Part shown: one piece after another, positions 63,901 through 64,000 of the stretch
Numbering within the stretch: position 1 is the stretch's first letter
Layout: each line of letters opens with the position of its first letter
DNA from: Bilabrum cf. latius
Lineage: Eukaryota
DNA: 64,000 nucleotides
NCBI GenBank assembly: GCA_965178125.1
Contig: OZ237760.1
Span: forward strand, 124,001 to 188,000
Reading direction: 5' to 3'
The notes under the pieces: model-generated
What the model was told of the DNA's origin: nothing
What the model saw: only the letters and a program-made list of their open reading frames with translations
The model's database searches: none
Made by a program: the position numbers and the translations under genes

Positions 63901-64000
63901 TTCTATGCTCGCGACACCCGATCTGACTGTGCTCGTTGCGAGCTCGGCTGCGTGGCTTGCGCTTGGATCGACTGCTCCTGCCGCTGAGGCAGCGCTATCG
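60922..64000 (-). CDS. Large Ala/Leu-rich helical (ARM/HEAT-like) hypothetical protein, 5'-partial; TAG at 63511, 62989, 62983, 61723; TGA stop
   Basis: ORFs 63511-63888, 62989-63492, 61723-62958 and 60922-61719 share one frame, are joined by TAG and stay open to the window edge. Amphipathic helical segments are present but no family is recognised. Confidence 0.7.
61807..61860. repeat. (GTCACC)9 hexanucleotide microsatellite encoding a (Gly-Asp)n tract on the minus strand
   Basis: Perfect tandem repeat read directly; in frame within the 60922-64000 CDS. Confidence 0.95.

Noticed and set aside
1-64000. Mass pseudogenisation or C-to-T hypermutation/sequencing error as the cause of the internal stops
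   Set aside because: Only TAG appears. CAA>TAA, CGA>TGA and frameshifts would be expected too, and essential housekeeping genes are affected with their motifs intact.
60922-64000. Naming the partial helical protein (e.g. RPAP1- or rotatin-like)
   Set aside because: No diagnostic motif was recognised with confidence.
1-64000. tRNA (including a CUA suppressor), rRNA or transposon/virophage insertions
   Set aside because: No cloverleaf, rRNA-like segment, transposase, integrase or terminal repeats were seen by eye; the short intergenic gaps still merit a tRNAscan-SE run.

Overview
This is gene-dense, GC-rich eukaryotic nuclear DNA from a flagellated protist: it has short spliceosomal GT-AG introns, an IFT57 gene, and proteins full of Ala/Gly/Ser low-complexity inserts. 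The ORF track looks shattered because the window does not follow the standard genetic code. TAG is a sense codon, almost certainly Gln, while TGA and apparently TAA remain stops. A manual count gives roughly 100 in-frame TAGs inside otherwise intact genes, including at conserved Gln positions and inside poly-Gln runs. I saw no in-frame TAA or TGA inside the well-supported models; 12 of the 13 gene ends reached are TGA and one is TAA. Read with TAG=Gln, the window holds MPP10 (partial), MMS19, DGAT2/MOGAT, RPN3/PSMD3, an MFS inositol/sugar transporter, MIP18/CIAO2B, IFT57, a LIN54/tesmin CRC protein and mitochondrial glutamate dehydrogenase. It also holds a single-frame 21.9 kb (~7300 aa) membrane nucleotidyl cyclase with inverted C1/C2 domains, a secreted GH55/pectate-lyase-3-like protein, a Ubl-vWA-U-box-UBC fusion, a small permuted-papain-like protein and a partial Ala-rich helical protein. 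All family calls come from motif recognition by eye; no database searches were run.
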